A stretch of 64,000 nucleotides of DNA from Mobula hypostoma (Eukaryota): the NCBI RefSeq assembly GCF_963921235.1, contig NC_086100.1, forward strand, positions 202,370,001 to 202,434,000, written 5' to 3'. Both the position numbers and the translations under genes were made by a program. Below the pieces are notes generated by a model. The model was not told the DNA's origin. It ran no database searches and saw only the letters and a list, made by a program, of their open reading frames with translations. Shown here in pieces: positions 46,101-57,997 of the stretch. Positions within the stretch are counted from its first letter, which is position 1; each line of letters starts with the position of its first letter.

Positions 46101-47302
46101 AATGAGATTAATATGGAAGGGTGCTCACTGCCCAACATGGCTAGTTCCCATGCCAGGTGTGGAGTTGGAGAATGAAATCCACTCACCTCCCCTTCCTGTC
46201 ACTCTTTACTCACAGGTATTTTTACACGAGGACCATCTCTGTCACTCTGTCTTCAGTGAAGTGCATCCACAACATAGCGTCGGACTACAGGATCATTGCG
46301 GTGCGCGATTACTGTGATCAGCTCTTCTACAAACTCATGCCCCAGGACAGTTCGTTTCAGCAGCAGCTGGAGCTTTACAAGTATGCAGAGAGAGTGAAGG
46401 ACCCTGTGCTGCAGGAGATCTGCCTGCAGTACTTCGCCTGGAACTGTGAGACCTTCAGCCAGACGGCGGCGTGGGATGAGCTGTCGGTCGCGGACCTGGT
46501 TGCCTTGCTCCAGCGTTCAGATCTGGTCATTGAGAGTGAATTCACGCTGTTCCAGGCAGTGGAGTCTTGGATCTCCCACAGTGGGAAGACTGCCGCCATT
46601 GACCGGTTGATGAAGAGTATCCGCTTCCCGATGATGTCTCCCGAGGAGCTCATCTCCTTGTCCTTCAATTCCAGCCTGTACCAGCAGTTTGAGAGCATGT
46701 TCACGCAAAGGCTGCTGGAGGCTTTTGAGTTCCATTCGGTCCGTCCACAGCTGCTGAAGTACTTCAAGGATTTGGACAACCCCGACTTCCAGCCACGCAT
46801 CTACACCTCCAATCAATGGAGCAGGACCCTGGCCATCTCCGGTCTGATGGACTCGCCCTACCAGCGCACTGGTCTGTACGGACCCACGGCCTCATACTAC
46901 AACAGGAGACAGAGGTATGGCGGCTACAATTCCTACTACTACTCCTCCTCCCCACGCATCTCCTTTCAGACCAAGCAACACCTGAGCCGGCTGTTCAGCT
47001 CCAGCACGCTCCAGTGGACCGGCTACTACCACGAAACAGCACAGCATTGCCGCAACAGCTACGTCTCGTGTCCGTACGATACGTACCCCGTGGCAGTGCT
47101 GACCACGTACAACACCCCAGAAACCGTCACCTACCGCAACTCTGTGCTGTTGCTCTGCAACAACAGCACGGTCTCCTACGTGCAGGAGATGAAGAACTCG
47201 ACAGCCGTGCTGCCCTCCAACAACAGCACCGACTTTTCTCTCTTCGCCTGTGATAACGGCATTTCCACCCTCCGGTTTGTCGTCCAGCCCTTTTATGTTT
47301 GA
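34053..47302 (+). CDS. LGALS3BP: Galectin-3-binding protein (Mac-2BP/90K); join(34053-34107,34885-35076,36114-36245,38870-39137,46216-47302), 1734 nt, 577 aa
   Basis: Five GT-AG-bounded exons with compatible phases (1,1,1,2) give an uninterrupted ORF with signal peptide + single SRCR + BTB + BACK + C-terminal domain, the architecture characteristic of LGALS3BP. Confidence 0.92.
34160..34780. repeat. ~44-bp GC-rich minisatellite, ~14 degenerate copies, intronic
   Basis: Unit CCCCGGGGTCAGGCCGCRTGACGTCCCACCCCTCACCTGCCCGT. Confidence 0.9.
34885..35076 (+). CDS. LGALS3BP: LGALS3BP coding exon 2 (SRCR first half, 192 nt)
   Basis: [49 protein letters not shown]| acceptor and |GTGAG donor. Confidence 0.95.
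35197..35672 (+). mobile_element. Rex1/Babar-like LINE 3' fragment
   Basis: VWYGN...[13 protein letters not shown]...LLPSGR...SFFP; AATAAA followed by a (TCTAA)n tail. Confidence 0.8.
35690..35880. repeat. C-rich low-complexity tandem repeat
   Basis: Repeated CCCGGACCCC / CTCCCTCGTCCCC. Confidence 0.8.
36114..36245 (+). CDS. LGALS3BP: LGALS3BP coding exon 3 (SRCR second half, 132 nt); not in the ORF track
   Basis: [51 protein letters not shown]| acceptor and |GTGAG donor. Confidence 0.95.
36560..37370. repeat. G-rich degenerate minisatellite (~59-70-bp units)
   Basis: Repeated GGACTGTTGG..GATGAGGGAGGGGTGATGTGA; 65-bp spacing at 37182, 37247 and 37312. Confidence 0.85.
37940..38720 (-). mobile_element. 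Antisense CR1 3' fragment in an intron
   Basis: [15 protein letters not shown]...YCVHFWS; reverse-complemented CR1 tail at ~37940. Confidence 0.7.
38870..39137 (+). CDS. LGALS3BP: LGALS3BP coding exon 4 (BTB domain, 268 nt)
   Basis: [27 protein letters not shown]...CVHRLILSL...[21 protein letters not shown]| acceptor and |GTAAC donor. Confidence 0.9.
39165..39455. repeat. ~61-bp tandem repeat, ~4-5 copies
   Basis: TGGGTAGACACAGGGTAGGGAGAGAGTACCCAGGGAAGGGACCAGTT starting at 39171, 39233, 39294 and 39355. Confidence 0.9.
39458..39905. repeat. ~41-bp degenerate tandem repeat, ~11 copies
   Basis: Unit approximately GTATTGTGTACAGACACAGTATGGGGTAGACTGTGCTCAGA. Confidence 0.85.
41730..45560 (+). 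mobile_element. Near full-length decayed CR1 LINE in the last LGALS3BP intron (sense)
   Basis: 5'UTR; ORF1 CTVCQMW...HICARC and esterase remnants; endonuclease; RT with a deletion at ~44570; TATGTTTCTATG tail. Confidence 0.88.
46216..47302 (+). CDS. LGALS3BP: LGALS3BP last coding exon (BTB end, BACK and C-terminal domain)
   Basis: [10 protein letters not shown]...[10 protein letters not shown]...[22 protein letters not shown]...IRFPMM...PRIYT; CACAG| acceptor at 46215; TGA at 47300-47302. Confidence 0.95.
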
Positions 47303-47369
47303 CCCGTCCAGAATTGGACCACCAACTGCCCAGTAGCAACAGTATAAACCCGCACGTTTCCCTAATCCC

Positions 47370-47760
47370 TCTGTCTCCCTCCTCACCCCCAGTCCCTCTG
47401 TCTCTCTCCCCACCCCCAGTCCCTCTGACTGTGTCTCCACCCCCAGTCCCTCTGGCTCTGTGTCCATCCCCAGTCCATCCGTCTGTCTCCACCCCCTGTC
47501 CCTCTGTCTCTCTCCCCATCCCCAGTCCCTTGCCATCTCTCTCCCTACCCCCAGTCCCGCTGTCTCTGTGTCCACCCCCAGTACCCCTGGTTCTCTCCCC
47601 ACTCCGAGTCCCCCTGTCTCTGTGTCTATCCCTAGTCCCTTGCCATCTCTCTCCTCACCCCAAGTCCCTCTGTCTATCTTCACCCCCAGTCCCTTGCCAG
47701 TTTTCTCCCTGCCTCCAGTCCATCTGTCTCTTGCCCCATCCCCAGTCTTTCTCTACTGCC
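47370..47760. repeat. ~27-bp pyrimidine-rich tandem repeat just after the stop codon
   Basis: CCCCAGTCCCTCTGTCTCTCTCCCCAC, 27-bp period (47391, 47418, 47445). Confidence 0.85.
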
Positions 47761-48169
47761 TCTCTTCCTACCGCAGACTCTCTTCGTGTCTCTCCTCTGA
47801 CTCTCTCCCCACCCCTAGTTTATCCTTTCCTCAGCAGTCCTCACCAGTCTTTCTTCACCCCTCACTCTCCATCCATTTCTGTCTCAGAGGACGGTCTGGG
47901 CTCCAATGTGTACAGTAGACCATGGACCTGCGTAATTCATCGGTCACTGAGTGCGACGTGAGAGACCTGGGCCCTCCTGCCCACCACTTCCATGCCCATC
48001 TGCAGTGATCCCATACGCCCATATCAACACCGATCCTAATTAAATATTAAGGCTGTCTGAAGGCTTCTTAAACTAGGTGACAGCCATTGCCCTCCCCACT
48101 CACAACTCTGGCAGTGAGTTCCTGATTCAAACCACTCCACCCCTCAGGTCCCCTTTAAGTTTTCTTCAT

Positions 48170-48800
48170 TGCAGTCTGACCAATGCTGTATGAAGCCTCA
48201 GTATTATGTCCTTGCTTTAATATTCTGGTTCTCTCAAAATGCTAACATCGTATTCGCCTTCCTCACCACTGACTCAACATGAAAATTATCTTTTAGGGAA
48301 TTCTGCACAAGGACTCCCAAGTCCCTTTGCACCTCAGAGTTTTGAATTTTCTCCCCATTTAGAAAATAGTCTTCCCATTTATTTCTTCTATCAAAATACA
48401 TGACCACACACTTCCCAACACTGTATTTCATCTGCTACTTCTTTGCCCATTCTCCTAATCTGTCTAAGTCCTTCTGTAGCTTCCATGCTTCCTCAACACT
48501 ACCTGCCCCTCCACCTATCTTCAAATCATCCACAAACTTGGCCACAAAGCCACCAATTCTGTCACCCAAATAACATGAAAAGAATCGGCGGAACACCACT
48601 AGTCACTGGCAGCCAATCAGAAAAGGCTCCCTTTATTCCCACTCAGTGCCTCTCGACAATCAGCTGCACCTTTGTCCATGCTAGAATTGTACCTGTAATG
48701 CCATGGGCTCTTGTTAAACAGCCTTATGTGTGGCACCCTATCAAATGCCTTCTGAAAATCCAAATACACAACATCCATTAACTCTTTGTCTTTTCTCAAA
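48170..48800 (-). mobile_element. Antisense CR1 RT fragment
   Basis: DVVYLDFQKAFDRVPH and QRDLGVLV. Confidence 0.75.
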
Positions 48801-49539
48801 GAATCCCAGGAGATTTCCAGCATCTACAGCCATAATCATTTCCCATGGAAGTTGGTAGGTACAACACCTCCCCACACTCTTAGGCTCCCTGCCAGTAAAT
48901 CTTTGTATCTCACACTCCTCCTGAATGCAGTGACTAGAATGGAACTCAGTACACCAAAAGTTCAGATATCCTCCCCGAGGGTGCACAGAATCTGTGTTCT
49001 GTGATCAGCAGAGACCCACACACTAATCTAGAGCAACAAACTCTTTGCCACATCCCCCGGGCTACACATCGTCTCTATGGATTATCCTCCCCCATCACTT
49101 CCCCTCCTCTCCCACACGTCATCTCTACTAACTGTCCCGTCTCATCACCTCCCCTCATCCCTGTCACCATGGCGTCTCCCCAGATCCTCCTCCCACCCCA
49201 GGATCATACAGTGTCTCTCTTGACCATTCCCTGTCCCTCTCCCCCAAGACCACCACCTTCCATCCCTACCCCAGGGCCACACATTGTTTCTGTTGTCCGC
49301 TCCACCCTACGGGCACCAATAGTCCATTGGTACCATCCAAGCCCCGATGAAGCCCAACCCTTACTCTGGTACGCTCATCCCCTCCCTCTGCCTGGCTGTG
49401 TGTTCACTGGGTGAAGTTGGTTCACTGCCCCAATCCAGAGGTCAGCGTCATGCCCTGTTCTGTGTGCACAGGGATCTTACCGAATGATCAGCTGCTCTGG
49501 TCCCTGCCGTCTCCTCGGCTGCCGCTGTCTGCTTCCTTC

Positions 49540-49545
49540 AATAAA
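49540..49545 (+). promoter_or_regulatory. Candidate LGALS3BP polyadenylation signal
   Basis: AATAAA in non-TE sequence downstream of the stop, followed by a GT/T-rich stretch; would imply a 3'UTR of about 2.2 kb. Confidence 0.45.
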
Positions 49546-50669
49546 CGACCTTGCTTGATGCTATGTGTCCTTGTCCATTTGTGCGTGGATCCTGTGGACT
49601 TCACCCTGGCAACAGGTTGGGGACGCGGGCACAGAATGTGGAGAGGATAATGATGAGGCGGGGGGTGGGAGGAGGAGAGATGGGGGGGTGGGGAATGCGT
49701 AGCACTAGCAGTGCGACAGTGGGGGAGGAGAGTGGGGCTCTGGAGGTGGATGGGAGGAGGGTGGATCTGGGATCAATGAGGATGTATGAGAATGGGAGTG
49801 GCGTTTGCTCTTGGGAATCATTCCCAGGTGCCTGACGGAGATCATGGAACACAGCAGGGCGAGGGAAGGCCAGGAGGAGCGGTGTCACTGGTGTGGACCA
49901 AGTAGGTACGGTCTAGGGAGGCAGAAGAATGCTTGCAAGACTGCTTTGAGTCGGGGGACTGGACAATATTCAGAGATTCATCTTCAGATCTGAATGAATA
50001 TGCCACAGTCATCATCGACAATCAAGAATTGTGCCTTTGAGAACGTACCAGACCTACTCAAACCAAAGGCTGTGGATGAAACAGGAGCTTTGTAGTCAAC
50101 TGAGGGCTGGATCTACGTTGCTCAAAACCTTTGATCTAGAATGGTGATCTAGGTTCAGTTGCTCGCTCGGCATTCAAGGTGAGGGAGCAAATTCAATTTG
50201 ACATTGGGAGAAGCCAGAGAGTGTTAGTAGATGGTCACTTCTCTGAATGGTGACTAGTGGAGTGACTGGGGGATTGGTGCTGGGTCCTTTGTTGCTATAA
50301 TGAGGTTCACTGGATCAGCAGATCTGCAGGTGCCACCAAGGTTGGGGATGTAGGGGACAGTGAGGAAGACTGATCATGCCTTGCAGTGAGATATGGACCA
50401 GCTAGAAAAATAGGTTTAAAAATGGCAGATGGAACTCAGTGCAGACAAGTGTAAAGCAGGTCTTACACAGTGAATGCAGGGTACTGAAGGGTGTGGTAAA
50501 ACAAAGGGAACTGGGATGACAGGCCCATAATTCATTGCCAGTCACATCACAGATAGGATAGTAAAGAAAGCTTTTGGCACATTGGCCTTCATAGAATGTA
50601 TTGAGTACAGGAGATGGGATGTTATGTTAAAAGTTATACCAGACTGGAAGACATAGGAGGAATAGAGAG

Positions 50670-53600
50670 CTTGTCTGTAGGGTGAGTGCCTTCCCCTGGG
50701 TGTCAGATGTGGGAATCCTGGGCTTCTTCCAGTCTCCCAGATGGCCACATCTGCGCCAGGTGCACCTGAGAGACCGTGTTGGGGGTCTGGAGCTGCGGCT
50801 TCATTATTAGGGAAAGCGAGGAGGAGATAGGGGCTACAGGGAGTTAGTCACTCCGAGGCTGCAGGAGTTAGTCAAGTGGGCTTGATCAGAGAAGGGAAGG
50901 GTAGTAGGGATAGTAGAGGGCACCTCTGTGGCCACCCCCCTCTGCATTCGTTATCTCATTTTGGATACTGATGGGGGGGCGGGGGTGACCTGACAGAGGA
51001 CAACCACGGTGGTCCGGTCTCTGGCACTGAGCCTGGTTCCGTGGTGCAGAAGGGAAAGAAGATGATGAGGAATGCAGTAGTCATAGGGGATTCCATAGTG
51101 AGGGGAACAGACAGGAGGTTCCGTCAGCCTGATAGAGATACCCACACTGTGTTGCTGTCCAGGTGCCAGGGTACGGGATGTCTTAGATCAGGTGCAGAGT
51201 ATTCTGAAGGGAGAGAGTGAACAGCCAGAAGTCTTGGTACACGTTGGTACCAATGACATTGGTAGAAAAAGGGAGGAGGTCCTGAAGAGGGAATTCAGGG
51301 AGTTGGGTAGGAAGCTGAAAAGCAGGACCTCCAGGGTAGTAATCTCAGGATTGCTGCCTGTGCCACATGCTAATGAGCACAAGAATAGCATAATCAGGCA
51401 TATTAATGTGTGGCTGAGAGACTGGTGTAGGGGGCAGGGCTTCAGATTCCTGGATCATTGGGGCCTCTTCTGGGGGAGGTACGACCTGTACAAAAAGGAC
51501 GGGTGACTGCAGGACCCAATGGGGTCCAATATCCTAGCAGGCAGGTTTAATAGAGCTGTTAGGGAGGGTTTAAACTAATTTGGCAGGGAGATGGGAACCT
51601 GGGTGATAGAGCTGAGGAGGGGGGAAACATAAATAAATCAAAGATAGCGTGCAACAGAGATGATAGAAAGGACAAGCAGGAGATGAGTCATAATCACAGC
51701 CAGTGGGATGAGTTACAGGGCAATAGAGGTGTGGTGCAGTTAAAAGAGAAAGCAACAAATACTGGACTGAAAGTGTTATATTTGAATGCACGCAGCATAA
51801 GAAATAAAATGGACAATCTTGAAATTCAAATACCAGATTGGCAAGTATGACATTGTGGCCATTTCTGAAACTTGGCTAAACAATCGCTGCCATTGGGAGC
51901 TGAACTTCCAAGGATATACGGTATATTGGAAAGATAGATTAGTAGGCAGAGGGGGTGGTGTGGCCCTGTGCATAAGCAATAATATTAAATCATTAGAAAG
52001 GGGTAATATAGGATCAGAAGGTGTGGAGTCTATATGGGTTGAGTTAAGAAATAGCAAGGGTAAAAAGACCCTAATGGCAGTTGTATACAAGCCTCCAAAC
52101 AGCAGCCAGGGTGTGGATTACTAATTACAGCAGGAGATAGAAAAGGTGTGTCAGAAAGGCAATCTGATACTCTTGATAATCGTTGGGGATTTTAATATGA
52201 AAGTGGATTGGGAAAATCAGGCCAGTACTGGACCTCGGGAGAGAGAATTTGTAGAGTGTCTAAGGGATGACTTTTTAGATCAGCTTGCTGTTGAGCCCAC
52301 TAGGGAATCAGCTGTGCTGAATTGGGTGTTGTGCAACGATCGAGAAGTGATAAGAGAGCTTAAGGTTAAGGAACCCTCAGGGAACAGTGATCACAATATG
52401 ATTGAATTCATTTTGAAATTTGAGAAGGAGAAACTAAATTCCAATGTGTCGGTATTTCAGTGGAATAAAGGAAATTAAATGGCATGAGAGGGGAACTGGC
52501 CAAGGTTGACTGGAAAGGGATATTTGCAGGAAGGATAGCAGAGCAGTAATGGCTGGAGTTTCTGCGAAAAATGAGGGAATTGGAAGACAGATATATTCCA
52601 AATTGGAAGAAATTTTTGAATGGAAGGACACTGCCGTGGCTGACAAGTTAAGTCAGAGCCAAAGTAAAAGCGGGAGAAAGGGAATACGAGGAAGCCAGAG
52701 CTAGTGGGAAGATAGAGGATTGGGGAGATTTGAAAAGGAAATCAAGAAGGTCATTCAGCAGGAAAAGATGAATTATGAAAGGAAGCTGGAGACTAATATC
52801 AAAGAAGATACTAAAAGCTTTTTTGAGTATATCAAGGGAAAAAGAGAGCTGAAGGTAGAAAATGACGCTGGAGATATTGTAATGAGAGGCACAGAGATGA
52901 CTGATTCCTAAGCTCCGGAACCTGGGCCTTAGCACTCAGATCTGCAGCTGGATCTTCAACTTCCTCACAGACAGACCCAGGCTGTAAAAATAGGGGACAA
53001 GCTCTCCTTTACAATCACTCTGAGCACCGGTGCCCCACAAGGCTGTGTACTCAGCCCCCTGCTGTACTCACTGTACACCCATGATTGTGTAGCCAAGTTT
53101 CCAGCAAACTCAATATATAAGTTTGCTGATGACACAACAATTGTAGGCCGTATCTCGGGTAATGATGAGTTTGAGTACAGAGAGAAGATTAAGAACCTGG
53201 TGGCATGGTGCGAAGACAATAACCTATCCCTCAACTTCAGCAAGACGAAGGAATTGGTTGTTGACTTCAGAAGGAGTAGCGGACCGCACGATCCAATTTA
53301 CATCGGTGGTGCACAAGTGGAACAGGTCAAAAGCTTTAAGTTCCTGGGGGTCAATATCACAAATGACCTGACTTGGTCCAACCAAGCAGAGTTCACTGCC
53401 AAGAAGGCCCACCAGCACCTTTACTTCCTGAGAAAACAAAAGAAATTTGGCCTGTCCCCTAAAACCCTCACTAATTTTTATAGATGCACCGTAGAAAGCA
53501 TTCTTCTAGGGTGCATCACAACCTGGTATGGAAGTTGGCCTGTCTAAGACCGGAAGAAGCTGCAGAAGATCGTGAACACGGCGCAGCACATCACACAAAC

Positions 53601-55760
53601 CAATCTTCCGTCCGTGGACTCACTTTACACCGCACGCTGTCGGAGCAGTGCTGCCAGGATAATCAAGGGCACGACCCACCCAGCCAGCACACCTTTCGTC
53701 CTTCTTCCCTCCGGGAGAAGACTCAGGAGCTTGAAGACTCGTACGGCCAGATTTGGGAACAGCTTCTTTCCAACTGTGATAAGACTGCTGAACGGATCCT
53801 GACCCGGATCTGGGCCGTACCCTTCAAATATCCGGACCTGCCTCTTGTTTTTTTTTTGCACTACCTTACTTTCCCTTTTCTATTTTCTATTTAAGATTTA
53901 TAATTTAAATTTTTAATATTTACTATCGATTTGTTATCTAGGAAGCGTGAAGCGCAGAATCAAATATCGCTGTGATGATTGTATGCTCTAGTATGAATTG
54001 TTTGGCGACAATAGAGTAAAGTAAAGAAAGTTGAAGGTAGAAAATGATGCTGGAGATATTGTAATGAGAGACGCAGAGATGACAGAGGAACTGAATGCGT
54101 ATTTTGCATCAGTCTTCACATCTGCAGTATACCGGACATTCAAGAGTGTCAGGGAAGTAAATCATGTGCAGTAAAAATTACAGCTGAGAAGGTGCTTAGG
54201 AAGCTTAATGGTCTGAGGGCTGATAAATCTCCTGGACCTGATTGAATGCACCCTCAGGTTCTGAAGGAAGTAGCTGGAGAGATTGCAGAGGCATTAACAA
54301 TGATCTTTCAAGAATCAATAGATTCTGGTGTTGTACCAGATGACTAGAGAATTGCAAATGTTACTCCGCTATTTAAGAAGGGTGGGAGGCAGCAGAAAGG
54401 AAACTATAGATCTGTTAGCCTGACATCAGTGGTTGGGAAGTTGTTGGAATCTATTGTTAGGGATGAGATTACAGAATACCTGGAGGCACATGACAAGACA
54501 AGACAGGCCAAAGCCAGCATGGTTTCCTGAAAGGAAAATCCTGCCTGACAAACCTACTGCAATTCTTTGAGGAAATTACAAGCAGGGTAGACAAATGAGA
54601 TGCAGTAGATGTGGTATACTTGGATTTTCAGAAAGCCTTTGACAAGGTGCCATGTATGAGGCTGCTTAACAAGATAAGAGCCCATGGAATTACAGGGGAG
54701 TTACTGGCATGAGTAGAGCATTGGCTGATTGGCAGAAAACAGAGAGTGGGAATAAAGGGATCCTATTCTGGCTGGCTGCCTGTTACTGGTGGAGTTCCAC
54801 AGCGGTCGGTGTTGGGACCGCTTCTTTTTATGATGTACGTATGTCAATGATTTGGACTTATGGGATTAATGGATTTGTGGCTAAATTTGCAGATAGATAC
54901 AAAGAGAGGAGCAGGTAGTGTTGTGGAAACAAACAGCCTGCAGGGAGACATTGATAGTTTAGGGGAATGGGCAAAGAAATGGCAAATGAAATACAATGTT
55001 GGAAAGTGTATGGTTATGCACTTGGTGGAAGAAATAAATGGGTAGACTATTATTTTGATGGGGAGATGCAGAGGGATACCCTAAAGGTTAACCTAGAGGT
55101 TGAGTAAGTGGTGAAGAAAGTGAATGCAATGTTGGCATTCATTTCTAGAGGTATAGAATATAAGAGCAGGGATGTGATATTGAGGCTCCATAAAGCGCTC
55201 GTGAGACCACACTTGGATTATTGTGTGCAGTTTTTGGCTCCTTGTTTTAGAATGGATATACTGACGTTGGAGAGGGTTCAGAGAAGATTCACAAGAATGA
55301 AAGGGTTACTGTATGAGGGACGTTTGGCAGCTCTTGGGCTGTATTCCCTGGAGTTCAGGAGAATGAGGGGGGATCTCATAGAAAGATTCTGAATGTTAAA
55401 AGGACTGAACAGATTAGATATTGCAAAGTTATTTCCCATGGTAGGGGTGTCTAGGACAAGAGGGCACGACTTCAGGATTGAAGGACGTCTATTTAGAACA
55501 GAGATGCAGAGAAATTACTTTGGTCAGAGGGTGGTAAATCTGTGGAATTTGTTACCATGAGTGGCTGTGGAGGCCAAGTCAGTGGGTGCAGTTAAGGCAG
55601 AGAGATGGGTTCCTGATTAGCCAGGGTATGAAAGGGTGTGGGGAGAAGGCAGGGGAGTGGAGATGACTGGAAGAATTGGATCAGCCCATGATTGAATGGC
55701 AGAGCAGACTCAATAGGCTGAATGGCCTACTCCTGCTCCTATATCTTATGGTCTTATGGT
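50670..55760 (+). mobile_element. Near full-length decayed CR1 LINE interrupted by a Rex1/Babar-like insertion
   Basis: VHVGTND esterase; VAISETW, VGDFN and SDHNMI endonuclease motifs; RT remnants; (TCTTATGG)n tail at ~55745-55760. Confidence 0.85.
52902..54022 (+). mobile_element. 5'-truncated Rex1/Babar-like LINE with a ~61-bp flanking duplication
   Basis: TGAPQGCVLSPLLYSLYTHDC...KFADD, KTKELVVDFR and FKFLGV; (GTAAA)n tail. Confidence 0.85.
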
Positions 55761-56189
55761 GTTAGAGGAGCAGAATTAGGCCATTTGGCCTGACGAGTCT
55801 GCCCTGCTGTTCATTCATGGCTGAACCTTTTCTCTCCCTCCTCAGCCCCACCTCCTGGCCTTCTCCCCATAACCTCTGATGCCATGTCCAATTGAGAACC
55901 TATCAAGCTCTGCCTTAAATACACCCAATGATCTGGCCGCCACAGCTGTCTATGGTAATAAATTACACAAATTCACCACCCTCTGGCTAAAGAATGTTCT
56001 CTGCATCTGTTTTAAATGGACACCCCTCTATCCTGAGGCTGTGCCCTCTTGTCCTAGACTCCCCCACCATGGGAAACATCCTTTCCACATCTACTCCATC
56101 TAGGCCTTTCAGCATTTGAAAGGTTTCAGTGAGATTCCCCCCCCCATTCTTCTGAATTCCAGTAAGTATAGACCCAGAGCTATCAAACA

Positions 56190-57380
56190 TTCTGCTCCTG
56201 ACCTCATCACCTCCTTGGTTCAAACATGGACCCAAGAGTTAAATCTCAGAGGTGAGAGTGATAGCCCTCGACATCAAGGCAGCACGTGACTGAGTATGGC
56301 ATCAAGGTGCCCTAGCTAAAAAGGAGACAATAGGAATTAGGAGGGAAACCCTCTGCGGCTTGGAATCATACCTGACACAAAGGAAGATGGTTGTGGTGGT
56401 TGGAGGTCAATCATCTCATCCTCAGGACATCACTGCAGGAGTTCCACAGGGAAATGTCCTAGGACTAGTCATCTTCAGCTGCTTCCTTCCTTCAGAAAGT
56501 CAGAAGTGGGGATGTTCGCAGGTGACTGCACAATATTCTCACCTTTCATGACCCCTCAGATAGTAAATGCAGCTGGACCTGGACAATCTCCAGACTTGGG
56601 CTGACAAGTGGCAAGTAACATTCAAGCCACGCAAGTGCCAGGCAATGACCATCTCCAACAAGAGAGGCTCTAACCATCGTCCCTTAACATTCAGTGGCAC
56701 CACCATCACTGAATCCCCTACTATCAGCATCCTGGGGTTACCTTCGACAGGAAACTGAACTGCTCTCGCCATTTCGACACCGTGGCTACCACAGCAGGTT
56801 AAAGGCTAGGAATCCCATGGCGTGTAACTCATCCTCTGACTTCCCTAAGCCTGTCCACCATCCAAAAGGCTCAGGTCAGGAATACTCACCACTCGCCTGG
56901 GTAAGTGCAACTCCATCAACACTCAAGAAGCTCGACACCATCCAGTACAAGGCAGCCCACTTGATTGGTTCCCCTTCCCAAAGCATCCAGTCCCTCCACC
57001 ATCGACAAACAGTTCCAGTGTGTACTATCTACAAGATGCTCTGCAACAACACACCACAGTTCCTAAAGAAGCACCTTCCAGACCCACGACCACTACCATT
57101 TAGATGGACAAGAACAGCAGATACCCGGGAACACCACTACTTGGAAATCCCCCTCCAATACACTCACCATCCTGACTTGGAAACATATCACCATTCCTTC
57201 ATTGTCGCTGGGTCAAAATCATGGAATTCCCTCCCAAACAGCACTGTCGGTGTACCTACACCTCAGGGACTGCAGCGGTTCAAGATGGCAGCTCATCATT
57301 ATCTTCTGAAAGCAAACAAGGGATGGGCAATAAATGCCGGCTTAGCTGGCAATGCCCACATTCTGTAAATGAATTTTAAA
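56190..57380 (+). mobile_element. Divergent CR1-group (L2/Crack/Daphne-like) LINE 3' half
   Basis: LESYLTQRKMVVVVGGQ...AGVPQGNVLG, WADKWQVTFKPRKC and EYSPLAW; clearly distinct from the dominant CR1 families. Confidence 0.7.
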
Positions 57381-57997
57381 ACTCCTCATATGATAACCCT
57401 TTCACTTCCGGAATCATCCTTGTGTACCTCGGCTGAACTCTCTCCAATGGCAGCATATCTTTTCTTAGATGAGGAGCCCAAAACTGTTCACATTACTCAA
57501 AGTGAGGCTTCACCAGTGCCTTATAAAGCCTCAGCATCACATCCTTGCTCTTGTATTCTGGCCCTCTTGAAATGAATGCTAACATTGCATTTGCCTTCCT
57601 CACACTAACTCAACCTGCAAATTAGTCTGTAGGCTGTTCTGCATAAGCCCCTTTGCATCTCAGATTTTTGCATTTTCTCCCTGTTTAGAAAATGGTCTGC
57701 ACAATTATTTCTACTACCAAAGTGCATGATCATTCATTTTCCAACATTGTATTTCTTTTGCCACATTCTTGCTCATTCTCCTGAACTGTCTAAGTCTTTT
57801 TGCAGCCTATCTGCTTCTTCAACATTATCTGCCCCTCCACCAATCTTTGTATTATCTGCAAACTTGGTAACAAAGCCATCTATTCCACCATCTCAATCAT
57901 TCATACACAGTCCCAACACCAACCCCTATGGAACACCACTAGTCACTGGCAGCCAACCAGAAAAGGATCTTTTTATTCCCACTTGCTACCTCCTACC

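Noticed and set aside
46157..46215. N-terminal extension of the 381-aa ORF as a stand-alone gene start
   Set aside because: It is intronic polypyrimidine tract; the exon begins after CACAG at 46216, in phase with the upstream exon.
46892..47961. Overlapping 130-263-aa ORFs on both strands after or over the LGALS3BP stop
   Set aside because: They are produced by the 27-bp repeat and by the antisense of the real exon.
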